64,000 nt of DNA from Raja brachyura (Eukaryota). Shown here piece after piece: positions 13,006-26,044 of the stretch. Under the pieces are notes generated by a model, which was not told the DNA's origin, did no database searches, and was given only the letters and a program-made list of their open reading frames with translations. The position numbers were made by a program, and so were the translations under genes. The stretch is from the NCBI GenBank assembly GCA_963514005.1, contig OY740807.1, forward strand, positions 14,136,001 to 14,200,000, written 5' to 3'. The number at the start of each line of letters is the position of its first letter. The first letter of the stretch is position 1.

Positions 13006-13585
13006 GTGATTATATTTGTTCAATCACTAGGCCATTGGTATCAATCTTGATTTTAAATATATTTTGTATCTCTGCGATGTGATTTGGCGCAAAGTTGTTG
13101 AGAGGTTGACCTTTCACCTCCAGGACCAATGTGTAAACTCAGCTCTCTTTGGTGGCTGGAAAAATAAGTTGAGATCTTTCTCAAACACACTGTAGGGACT
13201 TTAAGTCACAATCACAACAAGTAGCCATTAACGTGGTGGATAGAAGTAACATGGTGAGTATGCAAGGGACTGAATAAGTGCATCATTTTAACATCAGATG
13301 AAAACATTTCAAATATATCATTGTGCAGAACTGATGCATGAAGTAGGAGAATGTCATCAACAAAGTAATGTAATTTCACAGTTAGCCATCTAGAGTAATT
13401 CCTACAAATCCTTTTTTTAATTGAATTATTTTATGTTATAATGAGCAAAGTCCAAAGGGACCAGGTTTTTAAAGCTTCTCACTCAGGTTAGAAATTTCCA
13501 GTCTGCCCAGTGCCAAGAGTATTTTAATAGGTTTTACCATGTATTTGAAATATTACCCCATGGTTTCCTAATATTTTAACAAAGC

Positions 13586-13835
13586 CAAAACACAAGGTGC
13601 AGGAGGTCTGGCAGCATATGTGGAGGGAATGGAAAAAAAAAGTTTTGGGTCGGGACCCTTCTTCAGACTGATTAAATCCTAGGCAAGGGGGTGGGATTAC
13701 AATCAGTCTGAAGAAGGATCCTGACCCGAAATGACGTCTGTTCTTTCCCTCCACAGATGCTGCCAAACCCCGCTGAGTTACTACAGCACTTTGTGTTTAG
13801 CTCAAGTTTCAGGCATCTGCTGTTTCTTGTGTCCT
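13586..13835. mobile_element. Fold-back Penelope-like element with two back-to-back hammerhead motifs
   Basis: cttcagactgatt (13661-13673) and aatcagtctgaag (13701-13713) are inverted; arms extend about 90-130 bp. Confidence 0.85.
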
Positions 13836-14544
13836 TTTGCGTTATTGATTCAAGTTCTATTTCAGCAAAGTTAACTGAATGTTAAATTCATAAAATAAAT
13901 ACCTATATATTCTCCCTCACTATAAATTGGGGTTGGCAGGGGCCATGGTATGCCATGGTGATGTAACCCTTAAGCAATAAATGTTTCTGTTGGTCATCAG
14001 TGATACCCCTGTGACCGGACCTTGAGCTAAACCTCTAAAACAGCATTTGGTTTATCATCATCGAGATCTTCAACACCTTAAAATATATAATAACCATATC
14101 CTAAATCAACTCTATTTTTCTACAAATTCGCCCAAGCCTTACCTTAACATAAATTGCTTTCTTGTTACAAAATTCAAAATGAATATTGTGAAAACATGAG
14201 CATGTCTCCCGGAGGTGTGTACTGGCCTCCTTTACCCTGATCGTAAAATATGTTTATGGGAGAAACCAGTGATGTTGAACCTGAAAGAACATCTCGTACA
14301 GTCTCACAGTTTGCAACATGCGTCGCCAGATACCTCAAGATGCTTGCCAGTTTAGGGCTGGATCCAAACAAATATAGGTGGGAAATTAAGGGAGGCGACT
14401 GCTAAAGAAGTTGATATTAAGGATGATTAATACGATGGTGAAGAATTAAATAACATTGAATAGTTTAGAGGAGAAGAGAAGTGTGGAAGATGAGATGACT
14501 CACAGTCCACCTGCCAAAGGTAGAGGCTACATTAGATTAATTGA

Positions 14545-14775
14545 GTGATACAGCATGGAAGCAGGTGCTTTGGCCCAATTTGACTGTGCCGACCAAGACC
14601 AAGGTAAGGACAATAGATTTCTATGTTAGCCCCACCAGCCCAGATTTGGCCCATATTCCTCTGAACCTTTCCTATCTATGTATCTGCCCAAATGTATTTT
14701 AAATTTTGTTACAGTATCTGCCTTAACTACCTTCTTGGGCAGCTCGTTCCATATACCACCATCCTCTGTGAGAAA
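14545..14775 (-). mobile_element. CR1 LINE 3' end
   Basis: ORF 14626-14955 ends GIWNELPKKVVKADTVTKFKIHLGRYIDRKG. Confidence 0.8.
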
Positions 14776-14841
14776 GACAGATGCAGAAGAGGCACCAAAA
14801 AGTGGTGAAGTTGCTTTTTGGATATGGAGAATTTTGTATCG

Positions 14842-14942
14842 GGGAGTAAAGCGCAAAATGCTGGAAACACTCACCTGGTCAGACAGCAGCTGTGGAAAGA
14901 AAAAAAAGAATGTTTCGGGTCCGAGACTCTCCATCAGAACTG
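14842..14942 (-). mobile_element. Penelope-like pLTR fragment
   Basis: Reverse complement reads ctgatggagagtctcggacccgaaacattc, a hammerhead-like core with a substitution. Confidence 0.7.
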
Positions 14943-15494
14943 TAGTCTCCCGCATTCATTTTGTTTTTGTTGCTTAATCATTGGGTCTGAGAATGCTTCA
15001 AGTTTAAAGTCCTCAAATCTGTTGCTAAATGTATCCTTCCATGGACTTGCCCCTCCTGACCTCTTGACTTCCTCCAGTTCTACAGCACTGACAGAATTCT
15101 GTTTTCTTTTGCACCCTTTGAATCCCTAGTCTTTGACAGAGTGAAGACCAGATTGCTGAAGTGATCTCATTGTTTACCGAGCAGTTTGGTTAATCGATTA
15201 ATGAGGGACTTGTGTAGAGCGAAACAAAGGGTTAATTCGGCTGCAAGGTAATCTATTAGTGATATTAACTCAGTTTTCCTCTTTCCACACACACCGCCTC
15301 ATGTTCTGGGCATTTCCAGCATTCTCCTTTTGTTTACATGAGGCTGCAGATACTGGGTTCTTGAGCTAGTAGGCAGACCATTGGTAACGTCAGGGGTGCA
15401 GGTTACAAAAGCAAGAGATTCTCACAACAGATAATAATAAGCAAGTGAGTTCCAAAGATAAAGGGGGTGGTTTTGGTGACTGATAGAATGAAGA

Positions 15495-15865
15495 TTTGAA
15501 ACTCAGATCGAAGTACGCCAATGCATTGTCCCATACCACCAGATTCAGGAAGAGCTACTTTCCTAAAATTATTAGGTTTTTGAATCTAGCTGCACAACCA
15601 TAACCTTACCTTGACAACCTAACACTATTGACCACCACTTGCACAACCATGGACTTGCTTTTCTTCTGATTGTGTTTTGCACTAATTTCTTTGCAGTCCT
15701 TTCTTTGTCTTTATGCTGTCTTGCAGGATTTTATAGGTAATTTATATATAATTAATATTTTGGTGTGTCTGAATCTGTGTGTCTGTGATGCCGCTGCTGC
15801 AAGCAAACTTTTCATTATTCCTGTACCTCTGTACTTGTGCATATGGTGATAAACTCATCTTGATG
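15495..15865 (+). mobile_element. Rex1/Babar-like LINE 3' end
   Basis: accaccagattcaggaagagctactttcct (TTRFRKSYFP) and 3' UTR gctgctgcaagcaa...tgataaactc shared with 40455-40900. Confidence 0.7.
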
Positions 15866-15998
15866 TGTTATGTCCACGGCATCCAGGAAGGAGAATGGAA
15901 TCGAGGCAGATTCATTACTGGGATGAACGGGGGTGGGTTGTCAATTCCAAATAAGCCTATGTTATTCTGCGTCACAGGGAAAGATGACACTTTCTTAC

Positions 15999-16157
15999 CT
16001 GGTCGGGGTCCTGTCCCTGTGGGCTGCCGGGAGACATGCTACTGGCTCCTGGAGCTCCGTGCCCTGGTGACTGCACATTGTGGTCCTGGTGTCCATCCAC
16101 CTGAGCTGCTGGATAGCTCTCTTCACTTTCTGCAGCACTCTTTTCTTGCAGCATCTC
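15999..16157 (-). other. Candidate internal exon (159 bp) of an unidentified transcript
   Basis: tgtttcattag acceptor and CAG|gtaaga donor; GC-richer than its flanks, open in two frames, not a recognised repeat; no homologue recognised. Confidence 0.35.
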
Positions 16158-16498
16158 CTAATGAAACAGTGCAGATATGCTCAACATAGGACATTATGAA
16201 TATGAACTTTGGCTGCAATGACCAAGTGAAACTCTAGGTTCCGCTCTCAAGTGGTAATTAGCCGGTTTTACCAATAACATGCATGACGAGGCAATAAATC
16301 CTATGTTTGTTTCTGTTATCATCACTTTCGATCGGCACACCGATTCACATGAGCTGGATGACACTTAATTTGGTTCCACACCCAGATGTTTATTTAATCA
16401 TCTATGAGTTTAGAGATGGAAGGTCCGCTACACTAGTGTGTCTGCACTTAGGTGGGTATCAGTTAGACTGTAAGGGGTTCAAGAGTATACCAAGCCTT

Positions 16499-16638
16499 CA
16501 TTCTGAAGAAAGGTCCCAACCCGAAACATCACCCATCCTTTTTATCCAGGGATGCTGCCTGACCCTCCGAGTTACTCCAGTACCCTGTGTCAACAGTAAC
16601 TTCGGTATATACCAGTATCTGCTGTTCCTTTCTACACA
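16499..16638 (+). mobile_element. Penelope-like pLTR fragment; hammerhead core retained but stem II weakened
   Basis: ctgaagaaaggtcccaacccgaaacatcacc. Confidence 0.8.
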
Positions 16639-17404
16639 GTATACCATGCCTGTCTGTTTAGAGTTCATACATCAACTGTCCCTGGTCTTATCAAGTAGAA
16701 TAGAGATCAATGTGGCAGAGGAGCAGATCCTTCGGCCCATGATGTCTACGCTGAAAGAATTTGATTTCCAGCTTTACATTGCTCAACCTTATTTCCCAGC
16801 AAAAATATAGTTCCATTTTAATTTGATGTTCAAGCTCAAGTGCACTTCCCTCTCATAAAATCTATTCCACATTCCTTGTCCTGAGGAAATACAACCTTTT
16901 CCATTACCTAAACTTGTTTGAAGCTTACAAATGTTTCACCTGACCGATTTACTCTTTGGCTTCTTGCTCGAGTTACACAGTGCATTTACTTCAAATCACT
17001 TTTGAGATTCTGAGCCAAATCTCTCCTCAGTCGCCATTCACGAGAGGTAGTACTAGAGTTGTTCAATCCAATTTTCAGTTGGCTGTCCTAATGTTGAAGT
17101 CACTCCCTCCAGATGTTCTGTAGATTCCTGTCAGCAGATAAACATACTGATGGGACCTAACACCTAATCTATGTTATGTTAGCTCATTGGTCCAGGAGAA
17201 GCAACCTACAGTTCCCATCTCAGCATTCCATGAGTGACTTACAAGCATCCACATTGGTGTTGTATCCAGCAGTTACTATCTCCGATAAAGTTAACGGACA
17301 AAATGAATACACTGTAAATCACGTTTTTTTAAATATAGTATTGGTACTTTAATGCATCAAATTTACACTTCCTGAAAAGGTCATGAAAACAGTCAACATT
17401 CTTC

Positions 17405-17710
17405 CTTGTAGGCAGTCTCTCGGGATTAAGGATGGCTTTCATCCAGTTCTGTGGTTTCTGAGGTGACTAGGAGCCTAATGCTGGAGCCACAGATTCTACC
17501 ACAGATGGGGTGAGAGCAGGTCCGCCAGAGAGGGTGAGTGGGTAGTTTGTGAAGTGGTGCATTCCCACACCAGGCTATACGGGTTAATTGATGTTCCTGG
17601 ATTCAAGTTATCAATACCACCAGAATGATCCTTCTCCATTTTGAGCTGTCAAGGATCTCTCAAGGGTCAGTGGGAATATTGCATTCATTCATCCTTGAAT
17701 CTTTTCTCCC
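17405..17710 (-). mobile_element. Decayed RTE LINE 3' end
   Basis: taggcagtctctcgggattaaggatg...gaggtgactaggagcctaatgc; reverse complement resembles the RTE C-terminal C..C....SRIGL.SH region. Confidence 0.55.
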
Positions 17711-17924
17711 ATCCTGAGTGCAGTCATTTGTAACATTCACAAAAGAGCTGGATAAATACTCGATAAGGAGGAAGTTGCAGGACTTTTGGAAAAGAACAGG
17801 AGAAGTGGCAATGATTGGAGAACTACATCGAAAGTGTGAAAGGCTAGGTCCAACCTAATACCACGGTGATAAATTAAAAACAAAATTCTGAAAAGCAGTA
17901 AGTTGTTCAGCAATGGTGTTCAGT

Positions 17925-18635
17925 GGGATCCTGGGGTCTAAGTCCATAGCTCACTGAAAGTAGTAGCACAAGTAGATATAGTAAAGAAGGCACATGGTAC
18001 ACTTGCTTCAAAGGTCAGCACTCTAAGTATACAGTAAGAGTCAAGTCATATTGCTGCTTTATAGAATGTTAATTAGGCTGCATTTTAATATTGGGTGCAA
18101 TTCTGGTCACCATTATAGGAAGAATCTGGAGGCTTTGGAGAGGGTGCAAACAAGGTTTATCAGAATACTGCCTGGATTAAAGGTATTGGCTACTGTATAA
18201 GGCAGGGCGGAAATCGCTATCAAAACATGGGGGACACACAATGTCTCTTGAACGTGAGAGGGGAGATAGAAGTATATAAAATTATGAGAGGCATAGATAA
18301 GATAGACAGAACCTTTTTCCTAGAATAGAAAAGTCAAAGACTCAAGTTTATAGTGTATAGCTTTAAGGTGATAGGAGCATAGTGAAAAGAAAATGTGCGG
18401 GCCACGTTTTTTTGGACAGGGAGCGGTGGGTGCCTGGAATGCATTGCCATGTGGTGGAGGCAGATACAATAGTGCCATTTGAGATGCTTTGAAATAGGCT
18501 CATGGATATGCAGGGAATCGAGGGATATGGATCACCTGCAGGTTGAGGAGTTTAGTTTAACTTGACATTGTGTTTGACACGGACATTGTTGGACGATGGG
18601 CATGTACCTGTGCTGTACTGTTCTATGTTCTATGA
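17925..18635 (+). mobile_element. CR1 LINE RT C-terminus and 3' tail
   Basis: gtgcaattctggtcacca (VQFWSP), gaggctttggagagggtgcaa (EALERVQ), tail ttctatgttctatg. Confidence 0.85.
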
Positions 18636-19299
18636 AAATGTATACCTCTCAATGCTTATCAACTAATAGTTTTAAAATTAGAATTTTTGAATTATTCTTG
18701 CCAATGATAGAACATTTAATCTTTGTATGACATCCATCAATAATTTGTTCAATTCTAATGTTTTTGAGATTTGTGCAGGATGATAGGGTAATTCGCTCCC
18801 TCGCTTGTCCTCATATGATCAAACTTTGAATCCCCCTGATTTCAGAATTATGCCTGGGGGTTCAGCATGTGGAAAACTTCAAGCACCAGTATGACTCGGC
18901 ACCAAGCCACCACCTGAAATCTAACTGATCAATCTACAAATGTAACTACAAAATAAAACGTGTTGACTGCTCCATGTGTGGACTGTCCATTGTCCCGGAG
19001 GTCTGAGCTGATAAATTGAGCTTGGCCTGAGATAACTGAAAGCAGATTCAATTATAACTTGCAAAATGAAATTAGATATGCATTCAAGAAGGATAAATTT
19101 GCGGGGTTATGAGAATTGGGCAGGTGGATTAAATGGAGAGCTGTCAACAACATTCTACTCTATCCCACTCCCACTCTAATGCCTCAATTTCTCATTCTAC
19201 TCCCACACTGACACCTTAATTCCCATTCCCACCCCCATTCTGACATTTTAATTCACCATCCCACTCCTACTCTTGCTACTTAATTCGGCATCCCAGAAG

Positions 19300-19400
19300 A
19301 AATCATATGTTCCTGACATCCTCACGCTGCTCTCTCCAATGAAGTTCTGCATACGTTGGAACAGTAGCATCTCATCTTCTCACAGGGTGCATTGCAGCCA
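19300..19400 (+). mobile_element. Very old Penelope endonuclease C-terminal relic
   Basis: ttggaacagtagcatctcatcttc...gggtgcattgcagcc (compare LEEQHLIF.LG.LQP). Confidence 0.4.
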
Positions 19401-20189
19401 TGCAGATGTAACCACTGAAACCGCTGGTGGATGGAAATTTCAAGAATGAATGCAAGGTAGAATGTGAGTTTAACTCTGATCTCTCAAAGTGTAGATTTGT
19501 GCAGCTGGACGTGTCGGAGATCATACGACAATGTTCTTCTCCAGGAATCGGACATGCCGGAGATCTGGGCATCCATTGGGACATTGGTTTTATAATATCA
19601 TATCTTTGAATATGATGGCCTCAAAATATAATGTAAAGCAGTATTTTTTCTTTACAAGTTTTTTCTCCCATGTAGTGTTAGAAATCAATTTTGAAGTGTT
19701 GACATACAGTCTCGTTTTGGTTGTAGGATCTGACCATTGGCTGGACTTTGCAGGGAGTTCCTGTTCATCATCTTTTTGGTACTCTGTCCATAAGAAAACT
19801 ATACTCGTAGAATCATATCATTGTTATTAACCTGAAGTAGGACATTTAGCCGTTTGAGTCTGCCACTTAGGGCGATTCCACAAGCAATTTATAAATGCCT
19901 CTATTCATTTTTTAAACGTGTGTGGTGGGCAAGATACAATGATTGCATTCCATCGTACGACTGAAACCTGCACGTGTTGGTGCCTGAAACGGATTTCATA
20001 AGCATTGTGTACTCAATCCCCGCTCTAAACATTTGAACACCTTATCTAACCTGGCACTCCTATTTACGGTAGTACGGACTGAATCTCTGGTGTTGGCCAT
20101 TATACTGAGACCCCCTTGGCTCTCTCAGCTATATGCAAAATGGGCAACAATATAACTTTGAAAACTGTGCCTTGGTTTCCTAGCCACAG

Positions 20190-20380
20190 TTATCCCCAAT
20201 TAGTACCAGTAAAAACAGATTACCTGGTCATTATTCTCACTATGAAACCTTGCATACTGGAAGTTGGACTTTGCTTGTATTTCCTTACAATAGTGCCTCC
20301 ACCTCAGATGCACCTTGAGTGTACAACAAATTGGGATACCCAAAGACAATGAAAGATACTTTAACTACATGTTATTTCAT
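20190..20380 (+). mobile_element. Decayed DeuSINE/SacSINE1-like 3' part
   Basis: aaaacagattacctggtcattattctcac...tgaaagatactttaac. Confidence 0.45.
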
Positions 20381-21238
20381 TTTTATGTTACTGATAATAT
20401 CAGTCGGAGATAACGAGTGAGATGGATTCACTCTCATCGGTATTGCTGTTTCCAACACACAGTGCAGGAAGGAGACAGACCATCGGCTAGCAAGCTACAT
20501 CTCTTCACATGGAGCTAATTCAAAGAACCAAAGCCTTTACAAAAACAGAGAAAAATCATATTCAAATCATCATCTATTTAACAAAATTTCAAAATTGAAT
20601 GTAGATGCCAAGATATCCTGAAGCATTTTCACTAGTTGCCAACATGCTTGAAGTAATTACACTCCTGTTAACAAAACCCATTGATTCTGTTCTTTTCTTT
20701 TAAGTGAGCAGTTTCCAGTTTTGCTCGCTTGGGAGTAAGGAATAACAACTTTGCTCTTTTTCGTGGTTTTTGCAGCCTGCACACTAATTAGAAGCCCATT
20801 TAAGTGCACTTCACAACTTTCCCAATTGCTGAAAGCATAATTGCACCTCTCATCCTAGTTGGCTTCCGATCTTTGTGCCATCTTTGTAATGTTTTACTTA
20901 AGTGTCACAATAAATAACATAGAGATGACAAGTAGGGAATAAAACTTTTAAATTAACTAACTCCAGGTATTTAACCTACATATTTCTGTATAGCTTAATG
21001 TTGAGTTCAGATTTACAATATTTACGAAATTATACAGCACAAAAGGTTGCCATTTGGCCCATTATTCTTATGATGGACTTTTAAAGAGCTCTCCAATTGG
21101 CCCCATTCCCTGCGACACATTTTACCCAGCTTCCTTTAAAATTGTCTTCCACTAACTTTTCAGGAAGATTATACTGGTACAACAGGTCCCCCGATTCTCC
21201 ACCAATCAAAAGTTCACCCAGCCTCCTCAACAATCAAT

Positions 21239-21416
21239 AGTGCTGGAGTAACTCATCGGATCAGGCACGTCAGACTCGAGAGTCTGAAGAAGGATCCCAA
21301 CCCAAAACGTCACATATCCTTTTTTTCCAGAGATGCTGCTTGGCCCCCTGAGTTATTCCAGCACTTTATGTCTATCTTTGGTATAAACCAGCATTTGCAA
21401 TACCTTGTTTCTACAT
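21239..21416. mobile_element. Fold-back Penelope-like pLTR element
   Basis: Short minus arm tgctggagtaactcatcggatcaggca, central hairpin tcagactc-ga-gagtctga, then plus arm ctgaagaaggatcccaacccaaaacgtc. Confidence 0.8.
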
Positions 21417-21424
21417 TTTGGTCA

Positions 21425-21800
21425 ACCATGGCTCAGCAGTTTCCTTCCATCTTAGCCTAATAAGCCCACTCCAGTAACGTGTACACAAGCACAAATATCT
21501 AGGTTGACAGCCCACTGCTGTACTGGCAAAATATTGTACTGTCCTTAAGACGACATTAGATCAAGGTCCTTTCAGTTTTCTCAGGAAAATGTTAAATGTT
21601 CCTTGGAATGACTTTGATGGGAAGCAGAATAGTTATCCAGAGACTTCTGGAAAATTATAACAAAGTGCAACAAAATTATCTAATGAGTATCATATTGCTG
21701 AGTGTGGAGTCTTGCTGTGCAGGTATTGGCTGCCATGTTCCCTTCATAACAACAGTGACTACACTTCGAAGAGCACTACATAGGTTGTAAAATGTGCTGT
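21425..21800 (+). mobile_element. DeuSINE (SacSINE1/AmnSINE-like) relic
   Basis: tctaggttgacag..ctgtactg; gtggagtcttgctgtgcaggtattggctgccatgtt...acaacagtgactacacttc. Confidence 0.65.
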
Positions 21801-21825
21801 AGTTATTTTTCTGGTGCTGTTGTCC

Positions 21826-22145
21826 ATTTAATTTAAAGATACAGCATGGAAATAGGCCATTGGGCCCACTGAGTCCACGCCAACCATCGATCAGCCATTC
21901 TCCCTAGTTCTGTTATCCTTATTTCACATCCACCGTCTACGCACTTGGGGCATTTTACAGAGGCAAATTACTATAACTTACAAACCCGCACATTTTTGAG
22001 ATGTGGGAGGAAACCGGAGCACCCGTTGAAACTCAGTCATAGGGAGAACATGCAAACTCCACACAGACAGCAACCGAGGTCAGGATCAAACCCAGGTCTC
22101 TGGTACTGTCAGGCAGCAGCTCTACCAGCTGTGCCACTGTGCTGC
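21826..22145 (-). mobile_element. HE1-type V-SINE
   Basis: Reverse complement matches the other copies (tgtgggaggaaaccggagcacccg; tgcaaactccacacagacagca). Confidence 0.9.
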
Positions 22146-22639
22146 AAACCCAAAGACCATTGAGAACTGTGATGTCTCTTCAAGCAAAAAGAGGTACCTG
22201 GCCAAAACTGCAGATACTGGAAATTTCAAACAACCATGCATAATTCAGCAAGTCTACAGGCATCCGAGCAGAAATAACCTTTCTTCAGAACTGATCTTAC
22301 CATCAATACTTGATCCACATTCCTGCTGGTTACAAGCTCTTCAAGTATTTGTCTGAAAACGATTTAAACGTAATGAGGTTTTCCGGCCCCAAGCATTATT
22401 TCCAGCATTGGGATCTAGACTTCTAATACCCTTCAGAAGTTTTTTTTTCTCATTTACCCTCAAATATTTCTATTAATTAGTTGAAAAATCCCAAATACTA
22501 GCTAATGTCTTTAGTTTTTCACGTCTGATGCAAATTGAAATGGGTCCTTCCTAGTTATAACATAACTCCCTTGCCCTTACATTCTATGATTGACAAACAG
22601 AGAAAACATTCAATATGTTTTATTATTCACCTTACTATG

Positions 22640-25600
22640 GACAATAGACAATAGGTGCAGGAGTAGGCCATTCGGCCCTTCGGCCCAGCACCGCCATTCA
22701 ATGTGATCATGGCTGATCATCCCCAATCAGTACCCTGTTCCTGCCTTCGCCCCATATCCCCTGACTTTGCTATCTTTCAGAGCCCTATCTAGCTCTCTCT
22801 TGAAAGTATCCAGAGAACCGGCCTCCACCGCCCTCTGAGGCAGAGAATTCTACAGACTCACAACTTTCTGTGAGAAAAAGTGTTTCCTCGTCTCCGTTCT
22901 AAATGGCTTACCCCTTATTCTTGAACTGTGGCCCCTGGTTCTGGACTCCCCAAACATCGGGAACATGTTTCCTGCCTCTAGCTTGTCCAAGCCCTTAATA
23001 ATCTTATATGTTTCAATAAGATTCCCTCTCATCCTTCTAAACTCCAGAGTATACAAGCCCAGCTGTTCCATTCTCTCAGCATATGACAGTCCCACCATCC
23101 CGGGAATTAACCTTGTAAACCTAAGCCGCACTCCCTCAATAGCAAGAATGTCCTTCCACAAATTAGGGGACCAAAACTGCACACAATACTCCAGGTGTGG
23201 TCTCACTGGGGTCCTAAACAACTGCAGAAGGACCACTTTGCGCCTATACTCAACTCCTCTTGTTATAAAGGCCAACATGCCATTTGCTTTCTTCACCGCC
23301 TGCTGTACCTGCATGCTTACCTTCGTTGACTGATGAACAAGGATCCCCCAGATCCCGTTGTACTTCCCCTTTTCCCAACTTGACACCATTTAGATAGTAA
23401 ATTGCCTTCTTGTTTTTGCTACCAAATTGGATAACCTCACATTTGTTCACATTAAACTGCATCTGCCATGCACCTGCCCACTCACACAACCTGTCCAAGT
23501 CACCCTGCATTCTCATAGCATCCTCCTCACAGTTCACACTGTCACACAGCTTTGTGTCCTCTGCAAACTTGCTAATGTTACTTTGAATCCCTTCATCTAA
23601 ATCATTGATGTATATTGTAAATAATAATACACCGAGCCTTGCTGTACCCCACTAGTCACTGTCTGCCATTCTGAAAGGGACCCGTTAATCCCTACTCTTT
23701 TTTTCCTGTCTGTCAACCAATTTTCTATCCGTCAGCACTCTACCCCTAATACCATGTGCCCTAATTTGGCCCGCTAATCTCCTATGCGGGACCTTATCAA
23801 ATGTTTTCTGAAAGTCCGGGTACACTACATCCACTGGCTCTCCCTTGTCCATTTTCCTAGTTACATCCTCAAAATATTTCAGAAGATTAGTCAAGCATGA
23901 TTTCCTCTTCGTAAATCCATGCTGACTCGGTCCGATCCTGTTACTGCTATCCAAATGTGCCGCTATTTCATCTTTTATAATTGACTCCAGCATCTTTCCC
24001 ACCACCGATGTCAGGCTAACTGGTCTGAATCCCTGTTTTCTCTCACCCGCCTTTCTTAAAAAGTGGGATAACATTCGCTACCCTCCAACAGGAGCTGATC
24101 CTGAATCTATAGAACATTGGAAAATGATCACCAATGCATCCACGATTTCTAGAGCCACTTCCTTAAGTACCCTGGGATGCAGACCATTAGGCCCTGGGCA
24201 CTTCAGTCCCATCAGTCTACCCAACACCTTTTCCTGCCTAATGTGGATTTTGTTCATTTCCTCTGTCACCCCGGATCCTCTGGCGTCTAGTACACCAGGA
24301 AGATTGTTTGTGTCCTCCTTAGTAAAGACGGATCCAAAGTACCTGTTCAACTCATCTGCCATTTCCTTGTTCCCCCATAATAAATAAACCTTTTTCTGTC
24401 TTCAAAGGTCCAACTTTAGTCTTAACTAATATTTTCCTCTTCACATTCCTATAGAAGCTTTTACTATCCTCCTTTATATTCTTGGCTAGCTTACCTTTGT
24501 ACCTCATCTTTTCTCCCCGTATTGCCTTTTTGGTTATCTTCTGTTGCTCTTTAAACATTACCCAATCCTTTGCTTCCCGCTCATCTTTGCTACATTGTAC
24601 TTCTCTTTTTTTTTCATACTGTCCCTGACGTCCCTTGTCAGCCAAGGTCGCCCCTTACTCCCCTTGGAATCTTTCTTCCTCTTTGGGATGAACTGATCCT
24701 GCACCTTCTGTATTATTCCCAGAAATACCTGCCATTGTTGTTCCGCTGTCATCCCTGCTAGGGTATCTTTCCAGTCAATTTATGCCAGCTCCTCCCTCAT
24801 GGCTCCATAGTCCCCCTTCTTCAACTGTAACACCGACACCTCCGATTTACCCTTCTCCCTCTCCAATTGTAGATTAAACTTGACCATATTATGGTCACTA
24901 CCTCCTCATGGTTCCTTAACCTCAAGTTCTTTTATCAAATCCGGTTCATTACACAACACTAAATCCAGAATTGCCTTCTCCCTGGTAGGCTCCAATACAA
25001 GCTGTTCTAAGAATCCATCACGGAGGCACTCCACAAACTCCATTTCTTGGGGTCTTGGGGTCCAGTATCAACCTGATTGTCCCAGTCCACCTCTATGATG
25101 AAATCTCCCATAATCTCCCATAAGGGGTCACAGCTTAAGGATAAGGGGGAAATCCTTTAGGACCGAGATAAGAAGGAATTTTTTCACACAGAGAGTGGTG
25201 GGTCTCTGGAACTCTCTGTCACAGAGGGTAGTTGAGGCCAGTTCATTGGCTATATTTAAGAGGGAGTTAGATGTGGCCCTTGTGGCTAAAGGAATCAGAG
25301 GGTATGGAGAGAAGGCAGGTACGGGATACTGAGTTGGATGATCAGCCATGATCATATTGAATGGCGGTGCAGGCTCGAAGGGCCGAATGGCCTACTCCAG
25401 CACCTAATTTCTATGTTTCTATGTTTCTAACAACCGTAGTATTACCTTTACTATATGCCAATTTTAACTCCTGATTCAGACTACTGTTTGGGGGCCTGTA
25501 GATAAGTCCCATTAGGGTTTGTTTACCCTTACAATTCCTTAGTTCTATCCATACTGACTCCACATCTCCTGTTTCAATGTCACCCCTTGCAAGGGATTGA

Positions 25601-26010
25601 ATTTCATTCCTCACCAACAGAGCTACCCCACCTCCTCTGCCCACCTGTCTGTCTTTTCAATAGAGGTATATCCTTGTATATTCAGTTCCCAGCCCTGGCC
25701 CTCTTGCAGCCATGTCTCTGTAATTCCCACAACATCATACTTGCCAATTTCTAACTGAGCCTCAAGCTTGTTCACTTTATTTCTTATACTTCGTACATTC
25801 ACATACAACACTTTGACCTCGGAATTACCTCCCCTCTTGCACCGCTCACTATTGCCCCTGACCTTATTCTCTTATTCCTTCTCGAACTTTCCTTCCCATT
25901 AATTCGAGTCTTTTGTAACTTTTCCTGTACTCACTTCCCCTTCAACTCCATCTTTATACTCCCAATTTGTCAATCCCTCTCCCCCACTATTTTGTTTAAT
26001 CCCACACGTT
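22640..26010 (-). mobile_element. CR1-clade LINE: end of ORF1 plus frameshifted ORF2 (APE endonuclease and RT) and 3' tail
   Basis: APE LYVNVRSIRNK..DVVGITETWL and GRGGGVALL; RT FRPVSLTSVVGKMLESII, QHGFTKRKSCLTNL, DFQKTFDKVPH, RPHLEYCVQFWSP; (ATTGTCT)n tail; many frameshifts. Confidence 0.95.
25123..25428 (+). mobile_element. Young CR1 3' fragment nested in the APE region of the larger LINE
   Basis: Near-identical to 27729-28030 and 38591-38860; (TTTCTATG)n tail; tandem atctcccata duplication at the 5' junction. Confidence 0.9.
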
Positions 26011-26044
26011 AAAGCCCATACTAATCTGTTCTGTTACCTTTAGC

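Noticed and set aside
22850-25811. Functional reverse transcriptase gene
   Set aside because: ORF2 is broken by many frameshifts, stops and a nested insertion.
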